Positions 49,714-59,466 are shown, counted from the stretch's first letter. The stretch is DNA of 64,000 bases from Candidatus Fervidifonticultor quartus (GCA_031458775.1 JAVKJV010000002.1:42233-106232), one strand, 5' to 3'. Notes: generated by a model not told the origin, from the sequence alone. Translations and numbers: made by a program.

Positions 49714-51120
49714 GTGCGGTCCCGCAGTGGTGCTCGTCTGCTCGTCATTCTGCTGGTGGCCCTCGCGGCGTTCCAGTTCGCGTTCCGGCCGGTGGCGATG
49801 TCGGGTCGCGTGCCGGTGCTGCAGGCACCCGCCTTGAGGATCAACCTCGGTCTGGATCTGAGGGGCGGCACTCTGCTCGTGCTGGAAGGCCAGGATACAC
49901 CTACGACGAAGGCGACCCCGGAGGCCGTGGAGGCCGCGATGCGAGTGATCCAGAGCCGCATCGACCAGCTCGGCGTCGCCGAGCCGACGATCCAGCGGCA
50001 GGGCGCGACCCGGGTCATCGTCGAGCTGCCGGGCATCGCCGACCCGCAGCGGGCGATCAACCTCATCGGCAAGACCGCGCTCCTGGAGTTCGTGGACACC
50101 GGGACCCAGGCGCTCCCCGAGGGCGCACGCTGGAGCGCCGACGGCAAGACCGTCACGCTGCCCGGGTTATTCCAGACGCCCGCCCCGGGCCAGCAGAGCC
50201 CGTCGGCCGGCCAAGGCCAGTCCGCGTCCGGGCAGGTCATCCGGCTTGAGAAGCGAGTAGTCCTGACGGGCGCCGACCTGCAGACGGCGCAGGCGCAGTT
50301 CAATCAGCAGACCGCTGAGCCCGTCGTGAGCTTTCAGTTTCGCAGTCAGGCTGCGCGGAAGTTCGAGGAATACACGGCCGCGAACGTTGGGAAGTACCTG
50401 ACGATTGCGCTGGACAACGTGGTCATCTCGTCTCCGGTCATCCGCGACCGGATCCCCGGGGGGTCGGGGCAGATCAGCGGGGGCTTTCGCACCATCGAGG
50501 AGGCCCGTGACTTGGCAGTGCTGTTGCGCGGAGGCGCGCTCCCGATTCCCATGAGGGTCATGGAGAACCGCACGATCGGGCCGCAGCTCGGCCGCGACTC
50601 CATCGATGCAAGTCTCAAGGCCTCATGGATCGCGTTCGCAGGCGTCGGGCTGTTCATGCTCCTCTACTACGGGCTCTCCGGTCTCATGGCCGACGTGGCG
50701 CTGGCACTGTACCTGCTGCTTGTCCTGGCCGCGCTGAGCGCGCTCGGCGCGACGCTGACGCTGCCGGGCATTGCCGGGTTGTTGCTCTCGGTGGGCATGG
50801 CCGTGGACGCCAACATCATCATCTTCGAGAAGATGAAAGAGGAGCTGCGGGCCGGCAAGTCCCTTCGGGCGGCAACCGACGCGGGCTGGCATCGTGCGAT
50901 GAGCGCGATCATTGACTCGAACGTGACCGCGGTCATCGCGGCCGTCATCCTGTTCATCCTGGGGACCGGACCGATTCGCGGTTTTGCCGTGACCCTGAGC
51001 ATCGGCGTCGTGATCAGCATGTTCACCGCGATCACCGTGACACGCGCCCTCGTTGACGGCGCGGCCTCCGCGGGCCTCGGATCGTACCTGGCGCGGATGG
51101 CCGGGAGGGGACAGGCGTGA
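49714..51120 (+). CDS. secD: Protein translocase subunit SecD
   Basis: N-terminal TM, large periplasmic-type domain (LGLDLRGG, VIVELPG), C-terminal 5-TM block with AGLLLSVGMAVDANIIIFE. GGAGGG RBS 49701-49706. Confidence 0.92.
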   Translation: MRSRSGARLLVILLVALAAFQFAFRPVAMSGRVPVLQAPALRINLGLDLRGGTLLVLEGQDTPTTKATPEAVEAAMRVIQSRIDQLGVAEPTIQRQGATRVIVELPGIADPQRAINLIGKTALLEFVDTGTQALPEGARWSADGKTVTLPGLFQTPAPGQQSPSAGQGQSASGQVIRLEKRVVLTGADLQTAQAQFNQQTAEPVVSFQFRSQAARKFEEYTAANVGKYLTIALDNVVISSPVIRDRIPGGSGQISGGFRTIEEARDLAVLLRGGALPIPMRVMENRTIGPQLGRDSIDASLKASWIAFAGVGLFMLLYYGLSGLMADVALALYLLLVLAALSALGATLTLPGIAGLLLSVGMAVDANIIIFEKMKEELRAGKSLRAATDAGWHRAMSAIIDSNVTAVIAAVILFILGTGPIRGFAVTLSIGVVISMFTAITVTRALVDGAASAGLGSYLARMAGRGQA

Positions 51121-52148
51121 GTCCCATGTGGAACGTGATTGGACGACGCTGGATCGGTTACGTCCTCTCCGTGCTGTTCATTCTGCCCGGTGTGGTCGCG
51201 CTGTTCTCCAACGCGGCCGGGGGCCGCGGGGCGCTCAACTGGGGCGTGGACTTCACCGGCGGCAACTACTTTCAGGTCAGGCTCGCACGGGAGGACGCGT
51301 CGGTCGGCGAGGTGCGTGACGTTGTCGACCGCTTCACGGCAGGACAGAGCGTCATCCAGAAGTCTGACCGAGATGTGTTCATCCGCACGCGACCGCTCAC
51401 GCCGGCGGACAAGTCGGGACTCCTGGCCGCGCTACGGCAGGCGTTCGGGGGCGCAACCGTCTTGCGGGAGGATGAAGTCGGCCCCACGATCGGCCGTGAG
51501 CTGCGGAACACGGCGATCATCGGCATCATCCTGGGGTTGGTCCTGCAGCTGATCTATGTGTCGGTGCGATTCCGGTCGGTGCGGTACGCCGTGACGATGG
51601 ACCTGGCGCTGCTGCACGACCTGTTGATCGTGGTCGGCGTCTTCGCGATCACGCGGATGGAGGTCAACAGTTCGTTCGTGGCCGTGTTGCTGACCGTCGT
51701 CGGGTACTCGATCAACGACAAGATCGTGCTGTTCGACCGCATCCGCGAGAACCTGGCCATGCGGTTGCGGGAGCCCTTTGACCGTTTGGTCAACCGGAGC
51801 CTCCTCGAGTCGCTGGTCCGTTCGATCAATACGTCGGTGACGGTCATCGTCGCCATCGCTGCCGTGTATTTCTTCGGGGGCGTCACGGTGCGCGATCTCG
51901 CCTTCGGCCTGACCGTGGGTGTCGCCGTCAGCGCGTACTCCTCGATCTTCAACGCCGGGGCCCTGCTCGTTGAGTGGGACCTGTGGTCAGCGCGTCGGGC
52001 AGGGCGCCAGCGAGCCGTGCTCACCCCTGTCGCTCCTGGAACGGGCACGCCGGCACCGGTTGAGGCGGCGGCGAATTCCGCGGCCCCGGCCCCGGCCAGG
52101 TCGGGGAGTGGCAACAGCGCGCGCCGGCGGCGGTCGAGGCGGCGGTAG
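51117..52148 (+). CDS. secF: Protein translocase subunit SecF
   Basis: GVDFTGG, VGPTIGRELR, GYSINDKIVLFDRIREN. Start GTG 51117 overlaps the secD stop; ATG 51126 is an alternative. Confidence 0.92.
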   Translation: MSPMWNVIGRRWIGYVLSVLFILPGVVALFSNAAGGRGALNWGVDFTGGNYFQVRLAREDASVGEVRDVVDRFTAGQSVIQKSDRDVFIRTRPLTPADKSGLLAALRQAFGGATVLREDEVGPTIGRELRNTAIIGIILGLVLQLIYVSVRFRSVRYAVTMDLALLHDLLIVVGVFAITRMEVNSSFVAVLLTVVGYSINDKIVLFDRIRENLAMRLREPFDRLVNRSLLESLVRSINTSVTVIVAIAAVYFFGGVTVRDLAFGLTVGVAVSAYSSIFNAGALLVEWDLWSARRAGRQRAVLTPVAPGTGTPAPVEAAANSAAPAPARSGSGNSARRRRSRRR

Positions 52149-52152
52149 GCCA

Positions 52153-52443
52153 ATGAGCGCATTCACCCTCTTCGCGCTCGTGTTGCTCGCGGTGGTGACG
52201 CTGTTCGCGTTGTCCAACCCGGAGCCCATCGCCCTGCGGTTCCTCGCCTGGCGCCTCGAGAGTACCCTGGCGATTGTCGTGATCGGCGCGGCGATCGTCG
52301 GCGCGTTCCTGGTGTTCGTCAGCAACCTGATCGGCCAGCGGCAGCTCCGCGGCCGCATCCGAGAGCTCCAGGCGCGCGTGCGCGAGCTCGAGGCGCGCGT
52401 GGCCGAGTCACCGCAGACCTCGAAGCCCGATCAGCCCTCCTGA
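52153..52443 (+). CDS. LapA/DUF1049-family small membrane protein with C-terminal coiled coil
   Basis: 96 aa. Two TM helices (FTLFALVLLAVVTLFAL, LAIVVIGAAIVGAFLVFV) then RGRIRELQARVRELEARV. Confidence 0.65.
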   Translation: MSAFTLFALVLLAVVTLFALSNPEPIALRFLAWRLESTLAIVVIGAAIVGAFLVFVSNLIGQRQLRGRIRELQARVRELEARVAESPQTSKPDQPS

Positions 52444-52446
52444 CCG

Positions 52447-55400
52447 ATGAGCGGGCGTGCTGAAGCCCGCTGGCGCCTCCGCGCTCGGCAGAGTCCAGAC
52501 GCGCGCGCGTTGGCCGCAGCCCTGGATGTCCACCCCATTACCGCGCAGGTGCTCATGAACCGCGGCATTCGGACCCCCGGGGCCGGCCGTGCGTTTCTCG
52601 ATCCGTCGCCGGGCGACCTGCAACCGGCGCGTGCGGTGGCGGGCATGGATGCGGCGATCGTGCGCGTCGCCCGCGCGATCCGCGAGCGCACACCGGTCGC
52701 GGTCTATGGCGACTACGACGCTGACGGCGTCACCGCCACGGCGATCCTCGTGCGCGCGATCCGCGCAGCCGGCGGGCCGGTCAGCTTCTACGTGCCCGAT
52801 CGGCAGGCGGAGGGCTACGGTCTGCACGCCGGCGTGGTGCGGCGCCTGGCGGCAGACGCCGGCGTCATCCTTGCGGTCGACTGTGGGATCACCGCCGCGG
52901 CCGACACCGCCCGCGAGGCCGGAGTCGATCTGATCATCCTCGATCATCACGTGCCGATCGGGCCGCTCCCGCACGCCGCGGTCATCGTCAACCCCAAGGT
53001 GAGCCGCGAACCGACCGAGTACTGCGCCGCGGGGCTTGCCTACCAGTTGACGCGCGGGCTCCATGAGGTCCTGAACCACGACCTTGACGATGCCGACCTG
53101 CTGGGGCTGGCCGCGATCGGCACGGTGGCCGACGCGGTGCCGTTGCGCGACGCCAACCGGATCATCGTCGCGCAAGGGCTGGAGGCGCTTGCGGCCACGG
53201 GTCTGCCCGGCGTCAAGGCACTGCTCGAGGTCGCCGCGCTGCGCGCGCCCCTCTCGGCGCGTGATGTGTCGCACGGAGTGGCCCCGCGCCTCAACGCGGC
53301 CGGCCGACTCGCGCATGCTTCCGCAGCCGTGCGGCTACTGCTGAGCGACGACCCGGACGAGAGCCGCGCGATCGCCGAGGCACTCGACCGCCTGAACGGC
53401 GAGCGGCGTGCCCTGTGCGATCGGGTGCTGGCCGAGGCGCTCGAGGCCATCGAGTCCGCGGCCATGGGCGGCGATCCGGCGATCGTGGTCGCGCGCGAAG
53501 GGTGGCATCCCGGCGTCATTGGGATCGTGGCGTCGCAGATCGTGGAGCGGTACTACCGGCCTGCCGTCGTGATCGCCATTCGGGAAGGGGTGGGAAAGGG
53601 GTCCGGCCGCAGCATTCCAGCGCTGCACCTCGTCGAGACCCTGGCGCGCGCCTCGTCCACGCTCGACGCGTACGGCGGGCACGCCATGGCCGCCGGCCTG
53701 ACGGTTGCCGCAGATGCGGTGTCGCGGTTTCGTGAGGCGTTCGTCCGCGAGGCCGGGGCCGCATTGTCGGCCGACGATCTGGTCCCGGTCGTCGAGGTGG
53801 ACGTCGAGGTGGGTCTCGAGGCGCTGACGCCGGCGCTCGCCGACGAGCTGGCCCGGATCGCGCCGTGCGGGTCCGGCAATCCGGAACCGGTGCTGCTGAC
53901 CCGAGGCGTCCGCGCGGTGGGCACGCGCACCGTCGGGAATGGGGCCCACCTGCGGCTCATCGTGAGCGACGGCGTCCGGAGCGCCGACGCCATCGGATTC
54001 CGGCTCGGCGACCACGCCGAGTTGCTCGCGTTCACGCAGGCGCGACTCGACCTGGCCTACGCACTCGAGCGCGATCGCTGGCGTCAGGAGCCCGCTGTGC
54101 AACTCGTCGTCGAACGGCTCTGGACCCCTGAGGTTGACCTGGAGACGGTCACGGCGGACACCGCAGACCTCGTGGCCCGTCTCTTCGACCGCGCCGACGA
54201 CTATCTCGATGTCGACCACGCCCGGCCGGAAGACGTCCCGGCCTTCCACACGAAGGTCGTCGGCGTGACGTTCGAGGGACGGCAGGACCTGGTGCGGAGC
54301 ATCAAAGCCGGTCAGCGTCTGCGGCTGGTCCGTGATCCCTCCAACCCACGCGACCCGTACGCGATCAAGGTGGTGACGCCGGACGGCGGCCAGTTGGGGT
54401 TTCTCCGGGCGGCGCTGGCGGCCCGCCTGGCTCCGACCATCGACGCAGGCGCCCGCTACGAGGCGACGGCGACGGCGCTAACCGGTGGCGGTGATCGAGC
54501 CTGGGGGTTGAACATCTACCTCGAGCGGCAGGCGCCGTGGTCGGGCGACATCGAGGCTGGCACGGGCCAGGTCAGGCCGCCGCAGGGCGAAGCGTTCCTG
54601 GACTGGGTCGCGGCGCGACTCGCGCGCGGCCGGGGGTTCTCCGACACCCAGCGAGGCGTGCTCGACGCGATGCTCAGCGGACGCCGCGCCGTGGTTCGCC
54701 ACGGGCCCGGGCGCGGCATCCTGCTGGGCACCGCCGCCGCGGCCGCGGCGCTGCTGGCCAGCGGCGCGGGGCCCGCGCTGGTCGTGCTGCCGCGCGCCGT
54801 CGAGGTCGACGCGTGGGCCGGCGCGCTTGGGCCGTGGTTGCGGGCCGCCGGGCTGAGGCTCGTCGCTGTGCACGGCTTGCTTGCCGGCCGGGCCCGGTCG
54901 CGGGCTGACGACGCGTTGGATCGTCGGGACGTTGACGTGCTCGTGGCCTCCGCGGCGTGGGTCCTCGCGCGCGCACCCCGCGCCTGCGCGGTCATCGCCG
55001 TGACCGACGACATCTGCCCCGAGGAGGACCTGCTCGCGCTCCGCGACGTGTACGGTGCCGCCGTCCGGCTGGTGTGGGGGCCGGCGTCGCCATCCCGGCT
55101 CCTGATGGTCGTGGGAGGTGATCGGGCGCGGAGTGCCGGCGTGACCGAGATTGTGTCCGGCTCGCCGCCCCGCACGAATCTGCGCGTCGTGGACCGCCGC
55201 GGCCGCCGGGATCAGGAAGGCGTGGTACCCTCGGGATCGTCTCGGCCGGACAAGACATTGGTTGTGACGTGCGACGCCGGATCCAGCGTCGCGGAAGCCC
55301 GACGCCTGCGTGCGCGCGCGGCCGAAGCCGCCGGTCACGTCGCCTACTATCACGATCACCTGCCGGCGGCCCTGCGGCGGGTGCTCGAGGATCTGTACGC

Positions 55401-55965
55401 GGCAGGTCGCATCCAGACCCTGGTCGTTGGATCGCCGATGGTGCAGCCCGCCGTGCCGCTGGACGTCAATCGCGTCGTGGCCCTGGGCCTGCCCCCGACG
55501 CGGCTGCTGGCGGCTGAGACTCTGGCCGCGGGCGGCGCGGGCGGGCAGGCGACGGTCATCGAGCTGCTCTACGCGCCCGATGCGCCGGCGGTCTGGGCAG
55601 CGACGCGGGCGGCCCGGCAACCGTCGCGTGACGATCTCGTGCGCGGCTACCAGCATCTCCGGATGCTTGGACCGGACGCTGCCTGGACCAGGTCCGAGGT
55701 TCTCGCCCACGCCGCGAGGTCCGGGTACCCGGTGGATCTCCTGGCTACGGCGCTTGAGATCTTCCTCGAGGCCGGCGTCGTCTCCGCGGAAGGTGCCGAG
55801 GGGGACGACGTCCGCTACACACTCACCGATCCAACGGTGCGGGTGGACCTGCAGAAGTCCTTGCGCTATCGGGAGGCCGTGCGCGAGCGTGCGGCGTTCG
55901 AAGACCTGGCGCGCTGGGCGACCGGCCCGGCGTCCGCGATTCTCACGGAGCTGGCGCAGCCCTAG
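52447..55965 (+). CDS. recJ: Single-stranded-DNA-specific exonuclease RecJ fused to a HIRAN domain and a degenerate RecQ-like helicase/winged-helix module
   Basis: RecJ core: VYGDYDADGVTA (DHH I/II), LIILDHHVP (DHH III), GGHAMAAGL (DHHA1), OB region GNGAHLRLIVSDG. HIRAN from residue 600: FHTKVVGVTFEGRQ...LVRDPSNPRDPYAIKV...QLGFL. C-terminal about 450 aa resembles the RecQ helicase lobes but lacks the Walker A Lys and DEAH. Confidence 0.85.
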   Translation: MSGRAEARWRLRARQSPDARALAAALDVHPITAQVLMNRGIRTPGAGRAFLDPSPGDLQPARAVAGMDAAIVRVARAIRERTPVAVYGDYDADGVTATAILVRAIRAAGGPVSFYVPDRQAEGYGLHAGVVRRLAADAGVILAVDCGITAAADTAREAGVDLIILDHHVPIGPLPHAAVIVNPKVSREPTEYCAAGLAYQLTRGLHEVLNHDLDDADLLGLAAIGTVADAVPLRDANRIIVAQGLEALAATGLPGVKALLEVAALRAPLSARDVSHGVAPRLNAAGRLAHASAAVRLLLSDDPDESRAIAEALDRLNGERRALCDRVLAEALEAIESAAMGGDPAIVVAREGWHPGVIGIVASQIVERYYRPAVVIAIREGVGKGSGRSIPALHLVETLARASSTLDAYGGHAMAAGLTVAADAVSRFREAFVREAGAALSADDLVPVVEVDVEVGLEALTPALADELARIAPCGSGNPEPVLLTRGVRAVGTRTVGNGAHLRLIVSDGVRSADAIGFRLGDHAELLAFTQARLDLAYALERDRWRQEPAVQLVVERLWTPEVDLETVTADTADLVARLFDRADDYLDVDHARPEDVPAFHTKVVGVTFEGRQDLVRSIKAGQRLRLVRDPSNPRDPYAIKVVTPDGGQLGFLRAALAARLAPTIDAGARYEATATALTGGGDRAWGLNIYLERQAPWSGDIEAGTGQVRPPQGEAFLDWVAARLARGRGFSDTQRGVLDAMLSGRRAVVRHGPGRGILLGTAAAAAALLASGAGPALVVLPRAVEVDAWAGALGPWLRAAGLRLVAVHGLLAGRARSRADDALDRRDVDVLVASAAWVLARAPRACAVIAVTDDICPEEDLLALRDVYGAAVRLVWGPASPSRLLMVVGGDRARSAGVTEIVSGSPPRTNLRVVDRRGRRDQEGVVPSGSSRPDKTLVVTCDAGSSVAEARRLRARAAEAAGHVAYYHDHLPAALRRVLEDLYAAGRIQTLVVGSPMVQPAVPLDVNRVVALGLPPTRLLAAETLAAGGAGGQATVIELLYAPDAPAVWAATRAARQPSRDDLVRGYQHLRMLGPDAAWTRSEVLAHAARSGYPVDLLATALEIFLEAGVVSAEGAEGDDVRYTLTDPTVRVDLQKSLRYREAVRERAAFEDLARWATGPASAILTELAQP

Positions 55966-56025
55966 CCGGGCCGCGGCAGGGCCTGGCCGGATCGCACAGA
56001 AGTCTTGCTGGAAGACCGCAGGAGG

Positions 56026-58239
56026 ATGTCCGCCGTGAAGTGGCTCGACCTGCGCCGGCAACAGAGCAGCTTTCAGGACCTGCCCGCTGAGGTCCAGAGC
56101 CTGATCGCGACGCTGCGCGCCCACTTCCCGAAGGCTGATCTGGACATCGTGCGCGAGGCTTACCTGGCCGCCGCGCGTGCCCACGAGGGCCAGACCCGTG
56201 CTTCCGGCGAGCCATACCTCGCCCATCCGCTGGCCGTGGCCCGCATCCTCGCCGATCTGCGTCTCGACCCCACCACCGTTGCGGCGGCGCTTTTGCACGA
56301 CGTCCTCGAGGACACGGGTGTCGAACCGACAGAGCTGCGGGAGCGCTTCGGCACGGAGATCGCCACGCTGGTCGACGGCGTGACCAAGCTGGGCAAGATC
56401 GAGTGGCAGACGCGCGAGCAGCGGCAAGCCGAGAATCTGCGCAAGATGTTCCTGGCGATGGCGAACGACATCCGCATCGTGCTGATCAAGCTCGCCGATC
56501 GCGTGCACAACATGCGCACGATCGCGCCGTTACCCGAGTGGAAGCGGCAGCGGACCTCGCAGGAGACACTCGACATCTACGCGCCGCTGGCCGAGCGTCT
56601 CGGGATCGGCAGCATCCAGAAGGAACTGGAAGACCTGGCGTTTCGCGAACTCCAGCCTGAGACGTACGAGATGCTGACGCGCGAGATCACACAGGCCGAA
56701 GACACCCGGCAGGGCGTCGTCGACCGCGTGTGCACGGTCCTGCACCGCGAGTTGACGCGGGCGGGTATCAAGGTGGACCCGCGGCACATCACCGGCCGGC
56801 CGAAGCACATCTACAGTATCTGGAGGAAGATGCAGCGGCCGAAGTACGCCGGTCAGCCGGTCGCGCGGATCTACGACCGCCTCGGCGTGCGGGTGCTCCT
56901 CGACGACGTGAAGGACTGCTACGCGGCGCTCGGTGTCGTGCACTCGGTCTGGAAACCCATCCCCGGCGAATTCGACGACTACATCGCGAACCCCAAGACC
57001 AGCGGGTATCAGTCGCTGCACACGGCCGTGATCCACGAGGGCGAGCCGCTGGAGATCCAGATCCGCACGCACCAAATGCACGAAGAAGCCGAGCGCGGCA
57101 TCGCCGCGCACTGGAAGTACAAACAGGGCAAGCCTGTGATCGCGGAGGCCGACCAGAAACTGGCCTGGCTGCGGCAGTTGCTGGAGTGGCAGAAGGACCT
57201 GGCGGACGCGCGCGAGTTCGTGCAGTCGGTGCGGCTCGACCTGTTCCAGAACGAGGTGTTCGTCTTCACGCCCAAGGGCGATGTCATCGATTTGCCAGCC
57301 GGTGCCACGCCGATAGACTTCGCGTACCGCATCCACACCGATGTCGGCCATCACACCGTCGGCGCGAAGGTGAACGGCCGGTTGGTGCCGCTCTCGCAGA
57401 AGCTGCACACCGGGGACATCGTCGAGATCACGACCAACAAGACCAGCCCCGGGCCCAGTCGCGACTGGCTGACGTTCGTCGCGACGAGCAATGCCCGCGC
57501 GAAGATCAAGCAGTGGTTCAAGCACGAGCGCCACCAAGAGAACATCACGCACGGCCGGGAGATGCTGGAACGCGAGCTGCGACGCACCGGGTCGGTCAGC
57601 GCCGGCATGAAGCCCGAGCGCCTGCGCGAGGTCGCGCAGCAGTTCGGCATGCCGTCCGAGGAGGAGCTGCTGGCCGCGGTCGGCAACAGCGACCTGTCCC
57701 TGCTGCAAGTGGCACAGGCGTTGCGGGGCGAGGCGCCGGCCGAACCGGCCGAACCGTCGCTGCCGGCGGTCGCGCCCGCGCCGCCGCGGGCCACGGGCGT
57801 GCGCATCCGGGGCGTGGACAACGTCCTGGTCAACTTCGCGCGGTGCTGCACACCGCTGCCGGGCGACCGCATCGTTGGGTACATCACGCGCGGTCGCGGG
57901 GTGACCGTGCACCGGCAGGACTGCCCGAACATCGAGTTCCTCCGCACGCACCCGGAGCGGCTCCTCGAGGTCGCGTGGGAGACGACGGCCGAGGGCGCCT
58001 ATCAGGTCGAAGTCGAAGTCGAAGCGTTCGACCGGGTGGGACTGCTCAAGGACATCATGGCCGCGATCGCCGAGACCAAGACCAACGCCCTATCGGTCAA
58101 CGCGCGCGTCCGCAAGGACAAGGTGGTCGTGACGAATCTCGTGCTCGACATCCGCAACGTCAGCCAGCTGCACGCGGTCATTCAGAAGATCGAGAAGGTC
58201 CCCGAGGTCTTCAGCGTCGCGCGCGTCGTCCCGACCTGA
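56026..58239 (+). CDS. relA: Bifunctional (p)ppGpp synthetase/hydrolase (RelA/SpoT homologue, long RSH)
   Basis: HD hydrolase HPLAVARILADL...LLHDVLEDT, synthetase GRPKHIYSIWRKM...YQSLHT, TGS VFVFTPKGDVIDLPAGATPIDFAYRIHTDVG, C-terminal ACT. Start uncertain (TTG 56005, ATG 56026 or GTG 56035). Confidence 0.93.
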   Translation: MSAVKWLDLRRQQSSFQDLPAEVQSLIATLRAHFPKADLDIVREAYLAAARAHEGQTRASGEPYLAHPLAVARILADLRLDPTTVAAALLHDVLEDTGVEPTELRERFGTEIATLVDGVTKLGKIEWQTREQRQAENLRKMFLAMANDIRIVLIKLADRVHNMRTIAPLPEWKRQRTSQETLDIYAPLAERLGIGSIQKELEDLAFRELQPETYEMLTREITQAEDTRQGVVDRVCTVLHRELTRAGIKVDPRHITGRPKHIYSIWRKMQRPKYAGQPVARIYDRLGVRVLLDDVKDCYAALGVVHSVWKPIPGEFDDYIANPKTSGYQSLHTAVIHEGEPLEIQIRTHQMHEEAERGIAAHWKYKQGKPVIAEADQKLAWLRQLLEWQKDLADAREFVQSVRLDLFQNEVFVFTPKGDVIDLPAGATPIDFAYRIHTDVGHHTVGAKVNGRLVPLSQKLHTGDIVEITTNKTSPGPSRDWLTFVATSNARAKIKQWFKHERHQENITHGREMLERELRRTGSVSAGMKPERLREVAQQFGMPSEEELLAAVGNSDLSLLQVAQALRGEAPAEPAEPSLPAVAPAPPRATGVRIRGVDNVLVNFARCCTPLPGDRIVGYITRGRGVTVHRQDCPNIEFLRTHPERLLEVAWETTAEGAYQVEVEVEAFDRVGLLKDIMAAIAETKTNALSVNARVRKDKVVVTNLVLDIRNVSQLHAVIQKIEKVPEVFSVARVVPT

Positions 58240-58287
58240 TCCGGGCGCGGAGACCCCACTCCGGGACACGCGCATGGAGGCCAAGGA

Positions 58288-59460
58288 GTGACCACGGGAT
58301 CGCCGGGTACGGACCTCGAGCGCTACCGGGCCGAGTTTCCCATCTTCGCGACGTCGCTGTACCTCAACACGTGCTCGCTGTGCGCGCTCTCGACGCGTGT
58401 CGAGGCCGCCGTCGGCCGGTTCGTGTCATTGTGGCACGAGCACGGCGCCTCCGCCTGGTACGGACCGTGGTGGGAGACGATCGGTCGCGTCCGCGCGCGG
58501 TGCGCCAGCGTGATCGGCGCCGAGCCCGACGAGATTGCGCTGTTCCCGTCCATCACCGCGGCCCTGACCGCGGTGGCGAGCGCGTTCAGGTACCGCGAGC
58601 GTCCCGGCGTCGTGATGAGCACCCTCGACTTCCCCACGGCAACCTACCAATGGCTGGCCAAGGAGCGCCTCGGGGTTCGGCCCGTGTTGATTCGCGGCCG
58701 GGACGGCCTGACCGTGCCGCCCGACGAGTACGCCGCAGCCGTGGACCGTCATACCGAGCTCGTCGTGGCCTCGCACGTCTACTTTCAGAGCGGGTACGTG
58801 CAGGACCTCGGTCGGATCGCGGAGATCGCGCACGCGGCCGGCGCGCTGTGCGTGATCGACGCCTATCAGGGCACCGGGCAGCTCCCGACCGACGTCCACG
58901 GCACGGGCGTGGACTTCCTGGTGTCGGGTGGTCTCAAATGGCTGCTTGGTGGTCCGGGGATCGCGTTCCTCTACGTCCGCCGCGATCTGCACGCCCGATT
59001 GCACCCGCACGACGTGGGCTGGTTCGCGCACCGCGACCAGTTTGCGTTCACGACCGATCTGTTCGAGCCGGCGCCCGACGCCAGGCGCTTCGAGGGTGGG
59101 ACGCCGTCCCTGGCAGCGGTCTACGCCATGGCCGCAGGGCTGGAACTCGTTGAGGAAATCGGCACGGCGCGGCTGCGGGCCCGACAGGTAGAGCTCGTCG
59201 GCGACCTGGTCGAGCGCCTTCGCAGCCAGGGCCTCTCGCCTCGCGTGCCAGACGACCTGAGTCGTCACGCGGGCATTGTGACGGTCCCGGTGGCCGATCC
59301 CGCCGCCGTGGTGGCCGGGTTGCGGCAGCGGGGGATTATTGTGGACGCGCGGCCCGGGGTGATACGGATCTCGCCCTACTTCTACAACACCGCCGACGAC
59401 AACCGCCGAGTCGCCGGCGGGCTGCGCGAAGTCCTCGACGCGTCGGCGGGAGCGTCCTGA
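58288..59460 (+). CDS. Class V PLP-dependent aminotransferase (cysteine desulfurase/kynureninase-like)
   Basis: FPIFATSLYLNTCS, CVIDAYQGTGQLP, VSGGLKWLLGGPG (PLP Lys). GGAGG RBS before GTG 58288. Confidence 0.75.
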   Translation: MTTGSPGTDLERYRAEFPIFATSLYLNTCSLCALSTRVEAAVGRFVSLWHEHGASAWYGPWWETIGRVRARCASVIGAEPDEIALFPSITAALTAVASAFRYRERPGVVMSTLDFPTATYQWLAKERLGVRPVLIRGRDGLTVPPDEYAAAVDRHTELVVASHVYFQSGYVQDLGRIAEIAHAAGALCVIDAYQGTGQLPTDVHGTGVDFLVSGGLKWLLGGPGIAFLYVRRDLHARLHPHDVGWFAHRDQFAFTTDLFEPAPDARRFEGGTPSLAAVYAMAAGLELVEEIGTARLRARQVELVGDLVERLRSQGLSPRVPDDLSRHAGIVTVPVADPAAVVAGLRQRGIIVDARPGVIRISPYFYNTADDNRRVAGGLREVLDASAGAS

Positions 59461-59466
59461 CCGGCG

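Noticed and set aside
54478-56508. 676-aa minus-strand ORF opposite the recJ 3' half and relA 5' end
   Set aside because: It spans an intergenic region and two well-supported sense genes, and its composition is low-complexity.
56730-59153. 807-aa + strand ORF in an alternative frame over relA and the class V aminotransferase
   Set aside because: It is out of frame with two motif-rich genes. The translation is almost pure Arg/Gly/Pro/Ala/His. It is an artefact of stop-codon scarcity at about 70% GC.
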